Positions 38,273 to 53,660 are shown, counted from the first letter of the stretch. The stretch: 64,000 bases of DNA from Tubiluchus corallicola (GCA_030141605.1 JAQGDQ010000279.1:186001-250000), one strand, 5' to 3'. Notes: generated by a model from the sequence alone, not told the origin. Numbers and translations are program-made.

Positions 38273-38405
38273 TTTTGGTGCAGTGATTCTCATGTGTGAA
38301 GCGTTATCTTTGGTACGAAAATTCTTAGTTCCTTTCCTGCGTAAAGGAGTTGAGAATCTTCGTACCAAAGATGACTCTTTGCACATAAGAATCTTTGCAT
38401 CAAAG
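38273..38405 (+). other. Long hairpin: 63-bp ungapped stem, 7-nt loop
   Basis: 38273-38335 pairs with 38343-38405: 50 Watson-Crick, 9 G:U, 2 A:C, 2 pyrimidine mismatches (counted by hand, + strand). Confidence 0.9.
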
Positions 38406-38704
38406 TGCGTAAACCATGTTTACAGCTGCCGTTTCTTTGAATTACATATACAAGTGAACAAGTCTTTACTGTGCACACTGCAGCCGCGCAAAGCACTTGT
38501 TTGTGGTTCGCAAGTCTTGCCACTCGGGCGAAGATTAATCTCGTAAATTAAACGAAAGATTTCCCGTCCCTCAGAATGTCTTTCAAATCCAGCTCACGAT
38601 GACTTTAAATCTTTTCTTGTTTTCTCAATAACTCCTCAGTCGTCAATGGTAACAGCGAAGATTTACGGGCAAGCAAGACTTTCTTAGTTGTCTGTGTTTG
38701 CCTG

Positions 38705-39000
38705 TGACATTTTGAATTAGACGGATACTACTGTGTTTTTGGCAATAATAATTATGTAACTTAAATTAGATTAGTGTTACAATATGTTGCCAATAACATA
38801 GTAATGTTTTGAATGTGTGTTCGCTAAGTGTCATTATTTTTAATTAGATGGGTACCACGGTGTTTTCGCCCAATCACATTGCATATTTTGAATTAGATGT
38901 GTAGTAAATTACATTACGTATTTTTAATTTAATGGGTGCCATGGCGTGTTTGGCAAATAGCATTATTTTGAATTAGATGGGTGCCACGGTGTATTTGAAC
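38705..39000. repeat. Degenerate ~40-45-bp tandem repeat (ATTTTGAATTAGATGGGTGCCACGGTGT..)
   Basis: About 7 copies, plus two more at ~39405-39480; followed by AGAGGGCA(C/T)TCA(G/A)TAGGG repeats at 39002-39085. Confidence 0.8.
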
Positions 39001-39925
39001 AAGAGGGCACTCAGTAGGGCTTTTAAAGTAGAGGGCATTCAATAGGGTCAATAGGGCATTTGAACTAGAGGGCACGCAAAAGGGCAAGAGTGTAGGAGAT
39101 ACTCAAGTGGTCAACAGACCCTATTAACTTTATAGTACAGACCCGCGTCCATTCTTCACATGATGTCATGTGTATCGTATTGTGACCCTCACCGTTCACC
39201 CTGCGCCATGTTTGTTGATTACAGCTTCATCTGTTTTAATTTTGACATTTTTTTATTTTGCCACCGTGACGTTTAACCTTTTGTACCAGAAAGCAGTGGA
39301 TTTATCCCAGTGCGAAGTTTAGTGATTGCACTTCCATCCGTTTTAATTTTTATTGTGCTTACAGGCAGACGGACGTGACTAAACGCACCGAATACTGTCG
39401 CCGTGAGTAATTAGATAGGTGCCACACTAGCCACAGTGTGTTTGTTGATGACATTATTTTGAATTAGATGGGTGCTACAGAAAACACGAGCTTGCAGTCG
39501 AAATTTGATTTTTGCGCGCGCAGTTGTATAATCAGATCACGTTTTTGCCCAACTCGATTTCTAATGTTTGCTGTGCAGCTTAAAGAGTTTTGCAAACGTC
39601 CTGTGTGCGACCTGGGTTGGTTAGATAATTTCTTTCGCTTTAAATCGCTTTGATCGATTAGGTATTGTGTTGTAGCTAGGTTGTAGTTAGTCGTATGTCC
39701 TCTGACTACGACTTATTGTTACCTCTGCCAAGGAAGTTGTTTTCCTCGTCATTTGTTTACGCAAAAAGGGCTTAACCATTTTCCACGAAGCTTTGAGGAG
39801 GGTTGTGGCACGAGACAAGCATGAAAGTTTTCAGCAATAAATCGATTAAGAATTGCAAAAGAAAGTCTAAACCTATCCAATATCATAATCGAGAGATTGT
39901 CTTACACCAGGGTGAACGTCATTAA

Positions 39926-41087
<1,162 letters not shown>

Positions 41088-41659
41088 TTAATAATATTTT
41101 GCCGCGTACTAGTATATGAAGGTTAGGAAAATTGATTATATTATATTATAATCAGCAGTAGATCTGTCATTCGCATTTATTTGGAGCAGTTATTTGGTCT
41201 TCCTTCGCTGTTTATTTGTAATTATGAACATCCAACGTATTTCTTTACAATCACTATATAAGTTTACCACTCACTGATGCTTGCCTTCAATAAAATAGTG
41301 ATATTCTCTGGGATTTTTAGCTCTTTGTAGCTCTTTTATTTCTGTTGGTTTATACAGTCATTGTAGAGAACTGTATTGTTAATTCTGGTGGCGCTGTAAG
41401 TAGCATCGGAAAAGTTCCCGAAGAGGTCACGCATAATTAGTTGAAATATCGCAGACTGGTTTAAAAATCAAGAAATAGAAGTCCACACAAGCTGGCGACC
41501 CCTTGGCCATCTGTTGATCCTATGAGGTTCCTGATGGTGTAGCAGAAAGCAATCAGAATTAAATAAATATAATTTATGGGGTCTGCATGGCTGACTGAGA
41601 TTAAATTATAGTGAAAATGCAGACATTTTAGGTACTACCTTGAATACCCCCTTCTGTCA

Positions 41660-42070
41660 TTTGCTCACTCTTTCCTTTCTCTCTATTTCCTTCTTTTCGT
41701 TTTTTTTACTTTCGCTCCTTGATCCCTTGTTCCCTCCCACTTTCTTTTTGTTGTTTTCTTTCTCCCCCTTCTCTTTCGTCTCGTCTTCCACCATGTTTAA
41801 AAGTTGGATGTAAAGCTTCTATTAGCGACGTGTCGTGATGTCTCAAGTCTCTTTCTTTCTTTCTTTCTCTCTCTCTCTCTCTCGCTCTCTCTCTGTCTGT
41901 CTTTTTCATTCACTTATTCATACACTCATACACTCTCTTGCGCACTCACGCTTCTCACCATATGTCTTCTTTCCGCCATATTTCTCACTGTTCTCTCCCT
42001 GCATGTCTCTTCCAGCACCCCGTCACAGATTTCTCTTTCCCCCTCTCTCTTTCTTTCCCTCTCTTCTCTC

Positions 42071-42148
<78 letters not shown>

Positions 42149-42152
42149 TCTC
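41660..42152. repeat. Polypyrimidine / (CT)n low-complexity region
   Basis: Several CT tracts, longest ~42078-42145. Confidence 0.9.
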
Positions 42153-42389
42153 GCGAATGTGCCACTAGGGTGAAGCTATTTATCAGTTCAGTAATGTGGG
42201 CTTTGGGAGCCCCTGTGGCCTTTGTTTGTATTTTGTTCTAGTTTGTTTGAAAATGCCCCGAAATATGGGGGAATGCGTAACACAACGCGGGTAAACATTA
42301 TCATCTGTTTACTGATGGAGAATAGTGATTTCTTTCCGTTTCAGCGCTTTGAGCAAGTTAGACGAATGAAAAATTGAAAACTGACAAAG

Positions 42390-42685
42390 GTCATGCGTGA
42401 GCACAGCGGTAAATTTGAATTTTTATCTTAAAACTTGCCTAGTTTTAACGCAACACACTGAATATCTTACAGTAGCACTGTACTTCCATTTTCGCTTTCG
42501 CAAACGGGTGTGCAACACGCTCATAGAATATTTTTGCTGTTGAAAATTATGTTACTTTGTGATGTCATCAGTAGTTGGGTTCGCCCGCCGTTAATTAAGT
42601 TTTTAGTCTATTATAATTATCAGAAACGCGTTTGCAATATTGTTTGACTTAAAAGTATATGAAAAATCGTCCTGTCTTCCTTTAA
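42390..42685 (-). mobile_element. Kolobok-like family K2 copy (partial)
   Basis: Reverse complement TTAA+AGGAAGACAGGACGATTTTTCAT..gcgtttctgataatta..cttaattaacg..aattttcaaca matches 46355-46690. Confidence 0.8.
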
Positions 42686-45600
42686 GTATAAGGCTAACAT
42701 CGTGACAGAAAAGCAGTGAAGCTGAATTGCGTCTTGTGCTGAGCCGTAAAGCGTGTAACCCAAATTGGTTTCGTATCAAGATAGAGCTCATCATGTTTAA
42801 CTCTTTGAGCTAGCGCGTGCAAAGGATCCACAAAGCCGTTTAATACGAAAATAAGGTAGTGCTCTGGGACTTGCAATGGTGGTAGTAATAAAAGGTCAAA
42901 AAGGCAAAATTAGCTGTAATCGATGTAGCTAGATCTTAAAAAATGTTGGCTGTTTTTGTCATACAATCGAATGCAGTTTTTGTATTGTACAACATAGCCC
43001 CCATTGTTTGCCATACAACAGACCATAGAATTTGTATTACAACACGGTACCCATTGTTGACTCACGTTTTGCTCGAGTCCTGCAATATCTCTCTGTGCAC
43101 GCGTGGCATTTAAATCTATGGATCTGTAGTATTTTCGAGATTGTCACCAAAACTGCGGTCACTCAGCCTCAGTGGCAGAATTTACTCAGTCATTCTTCAT
43201 TACATTGACTCTTCGATTACTAGTCTTTGAAACATGCTTGCGTTTACCTTACGCATAATTAAAATGACACGCTGGCTTTCTGATTGTTTCATTATGTGCC
43301 TGCCAGTTGCTGATAATGAAAGCCTTGGAATGATTTCCTCGCGAGAAACTGCTTAGTTTTGCTTAGCTTATTTATTAGGTAATCGTCAGCGGCAATGACT
43401 GGGCAAATTATGTACGTACACATACTTTTGTAAGCCGCATCACTTAGCTAGCCTTTGTTCAAACTTGTAAATAATAAGCTAGTAGCTTTTAACTCGTCGT
43501 GGATTAGTTAGTTTTTCAGTTTTTTATATCAGTGATGATTTTTATTTCCACTTTGCTGAATACAATACCATGATTTCTATAACATGAAAATCATCGTGTA
43601 ACAGTTTCAGAATGTGAATGTGAAACTGTTGCTTTCCAGGTTAAATGATTAAAGTTCTCGAAACAACCGGCGAAAAATAGACATGTTGATGTTGCCTATT
43701 AAATCTTTGCTTGCACTTGTAGCCTTTTCGCAGCAGATATCGACGCTTATAAATTATTTAGTGAAGACCTAGCCTTTTTATTAAGCAGCATAAAATCTTC
43801 TTATTTGTTACAAATAAAAGAAATATGTATATTCCAGTCATTAGACTTTTAATCCAAAAGCAGGAATTACAAAAACTGCATACAGCGTCACACCGACAAA
43901 GCATGTGGTTTGACAAGCAGTAGATGAAAACATATATTTTTATACCTTATGAGGATTATATTAGTCTGGAAGACTATTGCAATACAGATTAAAAAGAATA
44001 TAATTAAGATCGAGTTTTAGGAAAAAAATTCAATATAATTATATGTTGTTTTCAGTATTGTAACAAAATTATATTTCATCTAAAATTATTGCAATGATAA
44101 TATAGTAAAATTAAATTGAGAATTCCCGCCTAAAAACATATACGGGATTAAAAAGGTTGTATGTGCCCACGCAGGTTCGTTTTTGGATTTAAATATAATA
44201 AATGGTGACGCGTTATCTAATTTTGCAGTTTTCTGTTTGAAATCTTCAACTTCGTGTGGTTCGAGTGTGATGCTACAAGTTTATGGAAACCTTTAACCTC
44301 TTTTCATTGGTTTTCGAAATGAACAGGCGACTCCCAATTGCGATTGCAAAATATTGCACATCAACACCGTTTTCTTCAGTATCTGCAATCAAGTGTGCAT
44401 ATAATTTATTCTATTTAAACTGCTTTAAAGTAACGCAATTATAGTTGTGATTTGGAGTTTAGATGCTATGCTTTCAGGCTACATGTACTCAAATTTTGTT
44501 ACGGATTTATTGCTAAGTGGTTTGTGGCACCATCTGTTGGAGTTCGGTGCAACTATTTATAATTACCTAGTGCTGATAGGTTGGTGAAGTCAGAGTTGTT
44601 GATGATGTGATGGCGTCGCTTTCTTTCCGTAAGGATCTAATAATTAGAGGCGTTCAATAAACTTCACTGAACGATTAATTACAGATTAAGCTTAAGTCCG
44701 TACTGTGGTTTGGAAAAACAACTGCTTGTAAAAATAAGCATAGATGTTATCCACTATTTTTGTAAAAGTAGCGAGAGATTTCAGATGGGCCGCTATGTGC
44801 TTGCGCTTTTGGCATAGTGGTCTAGGCACTGGCTATACGTGATGTGCTCTAAGGATTCCTCAAATGTTAAATTACAACAGCGATAAGATTATGTTAGGTG
44901 AATCATCTCAAGAGATAAATACATGTTAGCACGTTATGACTTTAATAGTTTACTATATTTCTGTATTGTGAAGTTCAAAAACTAGTCACGACCCAATAAA
45001 CACAAAACGTAGCCCGTAAGCAAGTGCCTATGACTTTCTTGGAGTAAACATTTTCAGACTAGCGATACGTATGAAACATGAATTTATATATTTTCATACA
45101 TAAAAAGTCACTTATTTTTATAAACGTGAATTTAAAATAATTTACGCAGAGGCCAGCCACTCTTATTACATAGGAGAGTTTATTATTAAGGTTTATAACT
45201 AAAATTTGCAACGTGTTTCAAGCTTCATGTCTTTCAGTCAAATCACTCTGTGATAATCACTTCTCATTAGCTATATAGAGATCCACTTGCTTTTTGTGAA
45301 AACTAATCTCGTTTTTTATATCAGCAAGTGATACAGATGACGGCTATATAAGGCTTTTTCAAGCACTGTCTGTTTGTTAGGGTATCATTTTGATTCTTCG
45401 CCGATAGATGGAGGTATGTCCTGTAAATAGTTTATCAAAACGCATCAAAATGAGATATATTCATCTTGTTTTATAGAGGAAACACTTTTTGGAAAATGAA
45501 TGGGTTACTTATGACCTAGGTATAGGTGGTTTAATTTGCCATGTTGTCAGCACATCACCATATGTCGGCTACGACACATCGTCTGGTTCAGTGTCTCGTG

Positions 45601-46354
45601 ATTACTGAATTATTCCTGATAGCGAACTAGGTACCTGTTCAGCCACTGCTGCTCGAACTTAATAATTCCACAGTTATGCCGAACTACATAAAAATCAGTG
45701 TAAGCTTCCTGTCTAATCTCTTTTATTTATACGAGTAAAAGCAACCAATTGTCTTCACCCAAAAATGTCAAGTGTTTTGGGGGTTGTGGTGTGTCATGAC
45801 TGTTTATTTTAGGAAATGAATCAATCAAACTCTAACTCAAAACAACAAATTGTAAACTTGTTCTCGTTTGGGTTTAGTTGTGACATAGGCTCTTGTGTAA
45901 CACAAACTGTCAGTGCGATGTTTTTTCGATTTGATAAAGAAAACATGCACCCCGTGGCTGTGTTATTTCACAGTTCGAACTTCTTGAAACAAAACATCAT
46001 CTACCGGAACAGGTGTTTGCGTTTCAAAGTTCAGTCAAGTTCAATTCAATCAGTAAATCATTCCCTCGATAATCGTTTATTCCTGCCAACTAAACCAATA
46101 TTTTGACTAGACGCCCTGTTTTACAAGCTGGCTTAACCTTTAAATTAAAACAGCCGTTACAGGATGACCGTAAAGGCGTATATAACCGTTATATATGTAC
46201 AGGATAAACTGTATATACCCAAACTTTAACTGGTATTATTTGCATTTTAAGCTTCTCTCACATTTTCCGCTAACGGCGTAGTGTAGCTGTCAAGCAGATA
46301 TTTCCTTGCAAAACCGTTTCGTTTTCCTGAAATGCGTATAACAAATTTACTTTA

Positions 46355-46979
46355 TTAAGGAAAACAGGACGACTTTTCATGTCCTACCCCATTTTCGTAC
46401 ATTTTGGTAAAAAGTGTAGCTTTTGACATCTGTTATAATGCCAAAGCGTTTCTGATAATTACATAATAGATTAAGACTACTTAATTAACGATGGGCACTA
46501 CTAGTGGGTGACGTCACAACTGAATTTAATTTTCAACAACACCAAAAATTCACGAGTGTTTTCCACATTTTTCCGAAAGCACAGTATGAAGTATACTGCT
46601 ACTGCGCAAGATTCAGTGTGATATGCAAAAACTTCACATAAATTTTAAGTTTAAATTTCAAGTTTACAGCATTTGTTTGCGCATAAGCTGTGGAACATAT
46701 GCGCTACATCTTAACTGAACAACACTTGAACTGAGAGGTACGGCACCTGTTTTCGAGCAATGCGTTGCCGATATGTAGGCGCTAGTGTCCGTCTAACTAG
46801 CGAATGACGAAATACGTGTAACAGCGAAGAACTAACCGCGCGAACGCAAAATTACATTTCTGTGGTAATAATTCTTTCACGTAAGTCATTATTGAAAAAA
46901 TAGTAAATTCCCTTTCAGTACTTTAAAGGGGTAGATTGTTTTGACCTATAGTTTAACACTGGGTCTGGTTTTCCTTTAA
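46355..46979 (+). mobile_element. Kolobok-like family K2 copy with both ends
   Basis: TTAA+GGAAAACAGGAC ... GTCTGGTTTTCCT+TTAA. Confidence 0.8.
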
Positions 46980-49154
46980 AGAATTGTGAAATGCCCAGTA
47001 GCCATTTTTGCAGTTGCTGAAAATAATTATCTTTTAATTCAGTGTTCACTCGGTGCTTTGAACGTTCGAACGAACGTGTGAGTCGTATCGATACAATAAG
47101 TGAACTATCACTTAAAATTATTACAATCGTTTTTAATTATTGAGGTCAAATTCATTGTACGTGTGTTTGCAAGAAATAACCGAATACAGAATTATGCAGT
47201 TACGTACAGTCGCCGTTTCGGCCGGTTTATGCGTGTAAACAAGTCTTCGGCTTTATTGTAGCAGAGTTTACTGTGACAGTTCCCCTACTAAGGTATTATT
47301 AGTGTTGTTTTTCGAGAAAAAATGCTTTCAGCTTGATAACGTTCAAAGATGATTCATCAAAAGTAATAACCTATGTACCAACAGTAATGTGATTATATTT
47401 GCTACGAGGTATTTTCATCCAACAAGCTAATAATGGCTCGAATATGTGTTGATAAACTACAATGCGGTCTATAAAATGTAAATTTCTTTTTGTCCGCTTC
47501 ATTTACTCGTATATTTATTATGTTCCTTCATTGTAGCTTCTACGAGTACTTCTTATATTATATGCACTCCAAGCTATATTGCACAAAAAGCGGTGGTATA
47601 CGTTTGTTAATTTTAACACCTTTGCAACACATTATTGCAGCCACTTCTCATTCGTTTCCAGCTATAATTAAGTTAGTTATAAGAGCCGCAGTAAAAAAAT
47701 CAATAAAAAGTTTTCTAACCGAGTCACATAGAGGTTGTTGCCCTGCATACTTGTATAAGTGTAACTTTCATACAATAATTTTTTTAAAATAAGTGCAGGA
47801 TTGGGACAAGATATCAGGCAAAAGTTTTCTCTGCCATGATGTGGTGCCTTCTTCAGCTTCCTCTAATTAAAAGAGCGTTCGTCTGCCATTAATTTCGCTA
47901 AAAAATGAGGAACGGCTGTGGAAACAGTAACAAGGGTCAAGGTTTCTGGCTCCGGGTACCTGTTTCAGACGTGCATGGGGGTTTTCTGTTGAAAGATTCG
48001 CGGAGATAAAACGTCAAAAATGTGGCTTTGATTTTTCGATGTCTCTTTTTATTAACTGATTGATTGATTTTTCGCACTATGTCTGCAGTTTGCATGGATG
48101 TAGTTAGAAAACAACTATGTGACCACCTTTAAGCAAAAACTGCTTGTGCAAATCAAAATTTAGAATTTAGTTTACATAATTATTTTAGTACATTATTACA
48201 TTTTTGGCTATACACGTATACAGTATTCAAAATGAGATCTTCTGCCCGACATGACTGCTAATTGCTCTAATCGCTAACTGTAGAAAATATTTTCTAAAAA
48301 TCAATCTTATCCATTTCCAAGAGTGAAAAGGGCATTTTGGAGAGGCAGGTTTATCGCAGGCATTCATTTTCCTAATCATGCTCACATGTGTGCACCACAG
48401 TGTGGTGTTGCACTGCCTTACAGCTGGGCGGTTTTACATAGCATGCTATAGCAATGTGATTTAACCACCCGGAACACCCCAATGGGGAGACGTTTATGAC
48501 TAACATTCACGAATTTTGGTTGATTCTTGTGCCTCAGTTTACCGCTCGGTTACAGACTGCAGTTTTGTGGCGAGGTTTGTGAAACTTGTTATTTGAGGCT
48601 TTCAGTGATGTGTATTGAATTAATTGAGTATGATTGGTAAGAACTAACATTTAGCTTCACTGGAGATATGGAACTATTTCAACTTGTTTATGAAAGTGAA
48701 TTAATCGACTGGAGCTAGTATGTAAATGGTGGAAAAAGGATCAATTGTACTTTTCACTTGTTCGTCTATGTACATTGTTTTTGCATCGTCTAAACGTATA
48801 CAAATATAAATAATTCTATGCTGATAAAACGAAATCAGTCTAAAGGTCTGTAATCTGTAAATATTTTGTCTCAGGCTGACGGTTTAAAAGAGTGCAGGGG
48901 TGTTAAAATTAGGTGTTGATACATCTAGTGTAGCAGTCGACATTATCATCGCCGTCGCACATGATCGTCTGAAAAGGTATTTTTAAGACGCAAACTTGAT
49001 AAAGTTTGCCAGAAAGTAGTAACTTAAGCAGAAGTTTAGTAAAGTGCAAGGTTTACACGTTCATAATAATTTCTTGGAAGATTGTTATTAAATCGTATTG
49101 AAAAACTTCTGATATGAATTTAGTCAAATGGCTCTAAACAAGAATATTTGTATC

Positions 49155-49525
49155 TAGGTAATAAAGTTTCAGGTATAAAGTCATAGGTAAAAAAATCACA
49201 GGAAAACTTACAAGAAAAAATAAATTACCCTAACCCTAAGTTATTGAACAAAACGTGGTGTTTAAATCACACACATGTAATGCCTCATATATGAATAGTG
49301 CTGTCAATGCATACAAGTCGTGTATTGCCAGTTAATAACTGACTTAAAATATTTTCTGTTTTACTAGTTTAATTTGTTTATGGTACCTGTGACTGACTTG
49401 AATATTTTTGTTTGATTACCTAACTGCCAAAATTGTGACTTTTTTCCAGCTACCATAAATTAATTGTAGTAACTGTGAGTTTCTCCTAGCCAGAATTGTG
49501 GCTTTTTCCTGCGACTTTGTCACCA
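49155..49525. mobile_element. Interspersed element with GGTAAAAAAGTCACA / TGTGACTTTTTTCC arrays and CCCTAACCCTA motif
   Basis: Same layout as 27415-27510 and (reverse) 710-830; resembles Helitron/Helentron-associated non-autonomous repeats (inference). Confidence 0.55.
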
Positions 49526-49769
49526 AAGTTCACCCATGTTAAACTCTGTTGGTTTTGGACAACTGTAAACGCATTCGTTTCATTAGTTGAAAAGATTCTA
49601 TTACCTGCCGCATTATACGAGTTGAAGGTTTCCGCTAAGGCATTGCAAAAAGAATTAGTGACGTTTTTGATGCCAGTTACTTCGCATTTTTCAGTTTTTT
49701 TGTCACTAAATAAGATTTCGTTGCCAGTACAAGCTTTCTCGTTCTTGTGTAAGACAATCATTACCTTAT

Positions 49770-50549
49770 TGCTAGACGAAGATTTCCACTTTCGAAAAAG
49801 TGTTCTTCAACATCAGTAAATAGAGCAACATCAGACAGTAAAACATCCTGACATGAAAATTAACGACAATTTCACATTTTTGTCTATTGGAAACGAATAC
49901 AGTAAAGATTTCAACCGCCGCTCTATGTGAAATTTTTCATTTCATATTGTTTTCCCCATAAACGAAACAAAACTCATTGTTCTAAAGGAAATGCCAAGCC
50001 TTCTGGGTAGTTAGGCTTAATTCAATGTTTGTGAAAAATGTTAGAAGGATTTAGTAGTAAAAGTGTAATAAGCACCTCGTATAATTAGTAAAGTTACTTT
50101 AAAGTCGCGACCATTTCACGCTCAGACACTTCCATTTTGAACGCTTATTCTTCCACCAATGAAGTCATTCATCAGCTGAAGAAATGTAGCGCACTGTCAA
50201 TTTCCACCAAAAATATCACGAGTTTTTACAAAAAATAGACCTGACCTAATTTAATGATATTTTTGCATGAACATTAGGTGAGCATGATTTATTTTAAACA
50301 GCGCACGCTTACCGAAAGCCACGATGCGCTTACGAAAAGTCACGATGTTCACCAGTTACATCATAATATTCAAGTGAATGGCGGTTACCACGTGAAATGG
50401 CAGTGAAAATTTCTATACAGCGGTAGGACAAATGAAAACTTAATGCTTTCTAGACAGTGTTTTGTAAATTTTTTTGTTATATTTTTCTAAACTTAAGTAA
50501 AAACAGTAAAATAAATCCAAAATGCTAAGTGACTTGTTCTTTCCTTTAA
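49770..50549 (+). mobile_element. Kolobok-like family K1 3' part (uninterrupted reference copy)
   Basis: aagccttctggg..aaatgttagaa..gcacgctta..gtgaatggcgg..GACTTGTTCTTTCCT+TTAA (50546-50549); left limit approximate. Confidence 0.8.
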
Positions 50550-52217
50550 TACCAGAAGAAAATTTGATGTTTTTTGTCTTTAACGGTCTGTGCAAAGGGT
50601 GAAGGTTTTCACTATTATCAAATTGTATTCAGCTAAACAACCGAGACAAGTAGAGCAGCAGAACTTTCATATGCATCCACAGTGATTGAAATAACTCTTT
50701 TCTTTTGTTGTTTGAAGTAATATCGGTCATTTTTTATTAGGATTAGTCTACTATACATCCGGCTAGTGTAATGTACTTTACTGTAGAGATTAATGCTGAT
50801 TATACTTGTAGACAACAGTTTGCTCATGCTATCTCTTATTATCATAACTGTAGTTTAAGTAGTGCTAAATTAGTTTTACCCCAATGTAGCGGGTGCAGTG
50901 TCCGTACTGCAGTGAGTAGTGAACTTTCGGCTTATTGTGTCAGCAGTCAAATTTACAAAAATCGTGCGCATATTTTCCACCAAACATTGTTGTAGTTTTG
51001 AAGAGCGTAAGCCGATCTTTCACGAAGGAATTTGACAGGTAATTAAGTAGGCCGGTACTCGTGTAAAACTTATTCATGCGCACTAAATATGCGAATACTT
51101 GATTTGTTTACGAATTGTTCACAAGAGGACTTCACAGGTTTTAGCTCTACAGTGAGATGCCTTTCCATTTTGAAAGTAATTTTAGGCAAATTGTCGAAAA
51201 TGTTCGAACTACTAGTAGACGTTGAAAAAACAAGTCGTCGTGAGTAGTAACGGAGAAAACTCAAGTTTTTTTATGATTAGATATCCCAATGATGTGGAAA
51301 TTTCTGTGTCAATGATGTGCAAATTGCTGTATCAACATATATTAGAAGTGGATTAAGGGCAAATTGCCAAAAATCAGAAGAATAGTTAAAAACGAGATTG
51401 GATCGCACCTGCACGCAGCTTCCTTGACTCTTATACTTTGTGCAACTTATGCTAGAGTTATAGTACCCTTTCCCTTATTTTTCCCTTTGTGCAGTGTAGT
51501 ATCCCTCTTTGATAATGAATAATGTGTACACAAGGGTGCGTGCTCGTCGGAAACATCTAATAAGCAGGTTTGAGAGAGTAATTTGTGTCATACACCTGGT
51601 GGGCATCAACAAAACACATGCCATAATTAGCCTGGTAATTTGCATGAGAAGAATTATTGTTGCGCTGAGCTTATGCATAAATAGAAGAAAATGCTGTGTG
51701 TAGCTTTTGTTAAAAACACAACAGCTGATGGTCATTTACTGAACTCTGGCTGATGTCTTGTGGGCCATGACCAGTGTGTCCTGTGTGTCTTGTGTGACCC
51801 CTGTGTGCTCATGGCCCGTAATCTGTTGTCCCCTGAAGGCCCTGATTTACTGTGACCCGTATGTGTCCTGTGCCTGTTTTACTTTTCTACAGGAAATAGC
51901 TGAATGAGGCCAAGTGACAACAATGTCTCTTTCCAAACATTTTCGTGCCCCCGAGGTTTTGTTTTCGTCCAATTTGCTGTATTCAATGAAGAAGGTGAAA
52001 ACTTTGTGATCATGGTGTGGCAATGGCTGTCAAGTTAAGGGATGGATAGTAATTGGGTGGTGACTGTCGGAAAAGTAGTTTTGGGCAGGTTCATATGCAC
52101 CCGATCCTCCAGTGTCTTCAGTGAGGAAAATGTACGCATCCGTGTGAACTTTGCTGTCTGTTGGTTCACTATTTCATTCACTATTTGTCTTTGACAAAAG
52201 AGAGAGAGAAAGAGAGA

Positions 52218-52810
52218 TTATTATTATTATAACTCTTTTATTTAAAAAATACCTCATTTTGCAGGCAGTACATAACATTTTGCATTAAATGCAAATAATT
52301 TTAAAGCAAGTTATAATAATACATGAGTTCAAAGCAGCTCTAGTTAATATATACAAAATATTATGTTTCTTACATGTGAGTTGTCAAATAGACAATTGTG
52401 AAAGATCATCCAAAACCAAATTAAGTATTTTTACATTTATTAGTAATGTAAAAAAGCTTTTAATCTGCGAGTTAATTTGACAAAATCTGTGTATTTACAA
52501 TATATTTGGCACAACTTTTCCAAACAAGTCGCAAGTGTCCCTATCTCTTGCAATGAAGATTGTTCTCAAATTCATAGCTGGCAATTTTCTTATGAGATTA
52601 CTTCTATTTCATTTACTAATGTACATTGAAAAATTAGATGTTCTGGTGTTTGAACATATATATTATCGCAATTACAACAATCTGTATTGCTTTCACCAGC
52701 TATATACTGAAAAGATCGTGTGCCTCTTTTTAACAACAAATTGAGTGCCGTCATTTCTACAGTACAGTTCTGATTAAATGACATCTGCAGATATGCCATC
52801 AATCTGATTT
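52218..52810 (-). mobile_element. 3' end of a non-LTR retrotransposon (ORF2 C-terminal Cys-His motif, 3' UTR, (TAA)n tail)
   Basis: ORF 52590..52802 contains CNCDNIYVQTPEHLIFQC, the CxC..TPEHxxxxC knuckle typical of I/R1-group ORF2 ends; (ATT)n at 52218-52230. Confidence 0.65.
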
Positions 52811-52864
52811 GAATATTGAATCTTTTTCTTCATTTTTCTTTTTCTTTCTTTTTCTTTTTTAGAA

Positions 52865-53009
<145 letters not shown>

Positions 53010-53599
53010 GCTTTGTAACAAACTCATAATATCCTGTTACTCTTTTAGAATAAATGGGCCAACGCAGGTCCTGCCGGGGTTTACTGACTTGCTAAAGCCT
53101 TATAAACCATTTAAAATCTGCCAAATATACATGTTTTAGTACATGTATAGTTCCAGCATATTTATTTTGTAACCGTACATACGTATAACATTTTCATGGA
53201 GTGTTTTTAAATCTGTTGGAATAGTTCCTTGTGATGCTTATTGGTCTTGTAAAAACTTATTGTGCAAACATCGCTTCAACCGTCGATCATCTACCTCGTT
53301 TATTTTCTGTTAGCATCATAATCGAGGCTGCATACTGATACTACAAAGGCATGGCAAACAAAACCTAGAAACGTTATCCTTAAATTTAGGAGGAAGTGAT
53401 GGTCGTAAAAGTCTGTGATTTGCTCTTTTCTTACTTAATATTGGTATCTGCAGTTTGTGACGCAAGACACGAAGGAATCTGAAACAAAGCAGTGCGGCAC
53501 ATGTAACACGAATATTATGAGGTATGGGTACTGTCGCCGTATATTCCGGCAGTGATGCGCTGAAGCCAACAGAAGAGCAGACGACTCCTGGCCCTCTTA

Positions 53600-53626
53600 G
53601 TTTTTCTCTCTGTGTGTCTCTCTCTC

Positions 53627-53660
<34 letters not shown>

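Noticed and set aside
51960-52170. Minus-strand VHTDA..GGSGAY resembling a retroelement RNase H start; also a + strand acceptor at ~51891
   Set aside because: Single weak motif with no other catalytic residues; no convincing open frame after the acceptor
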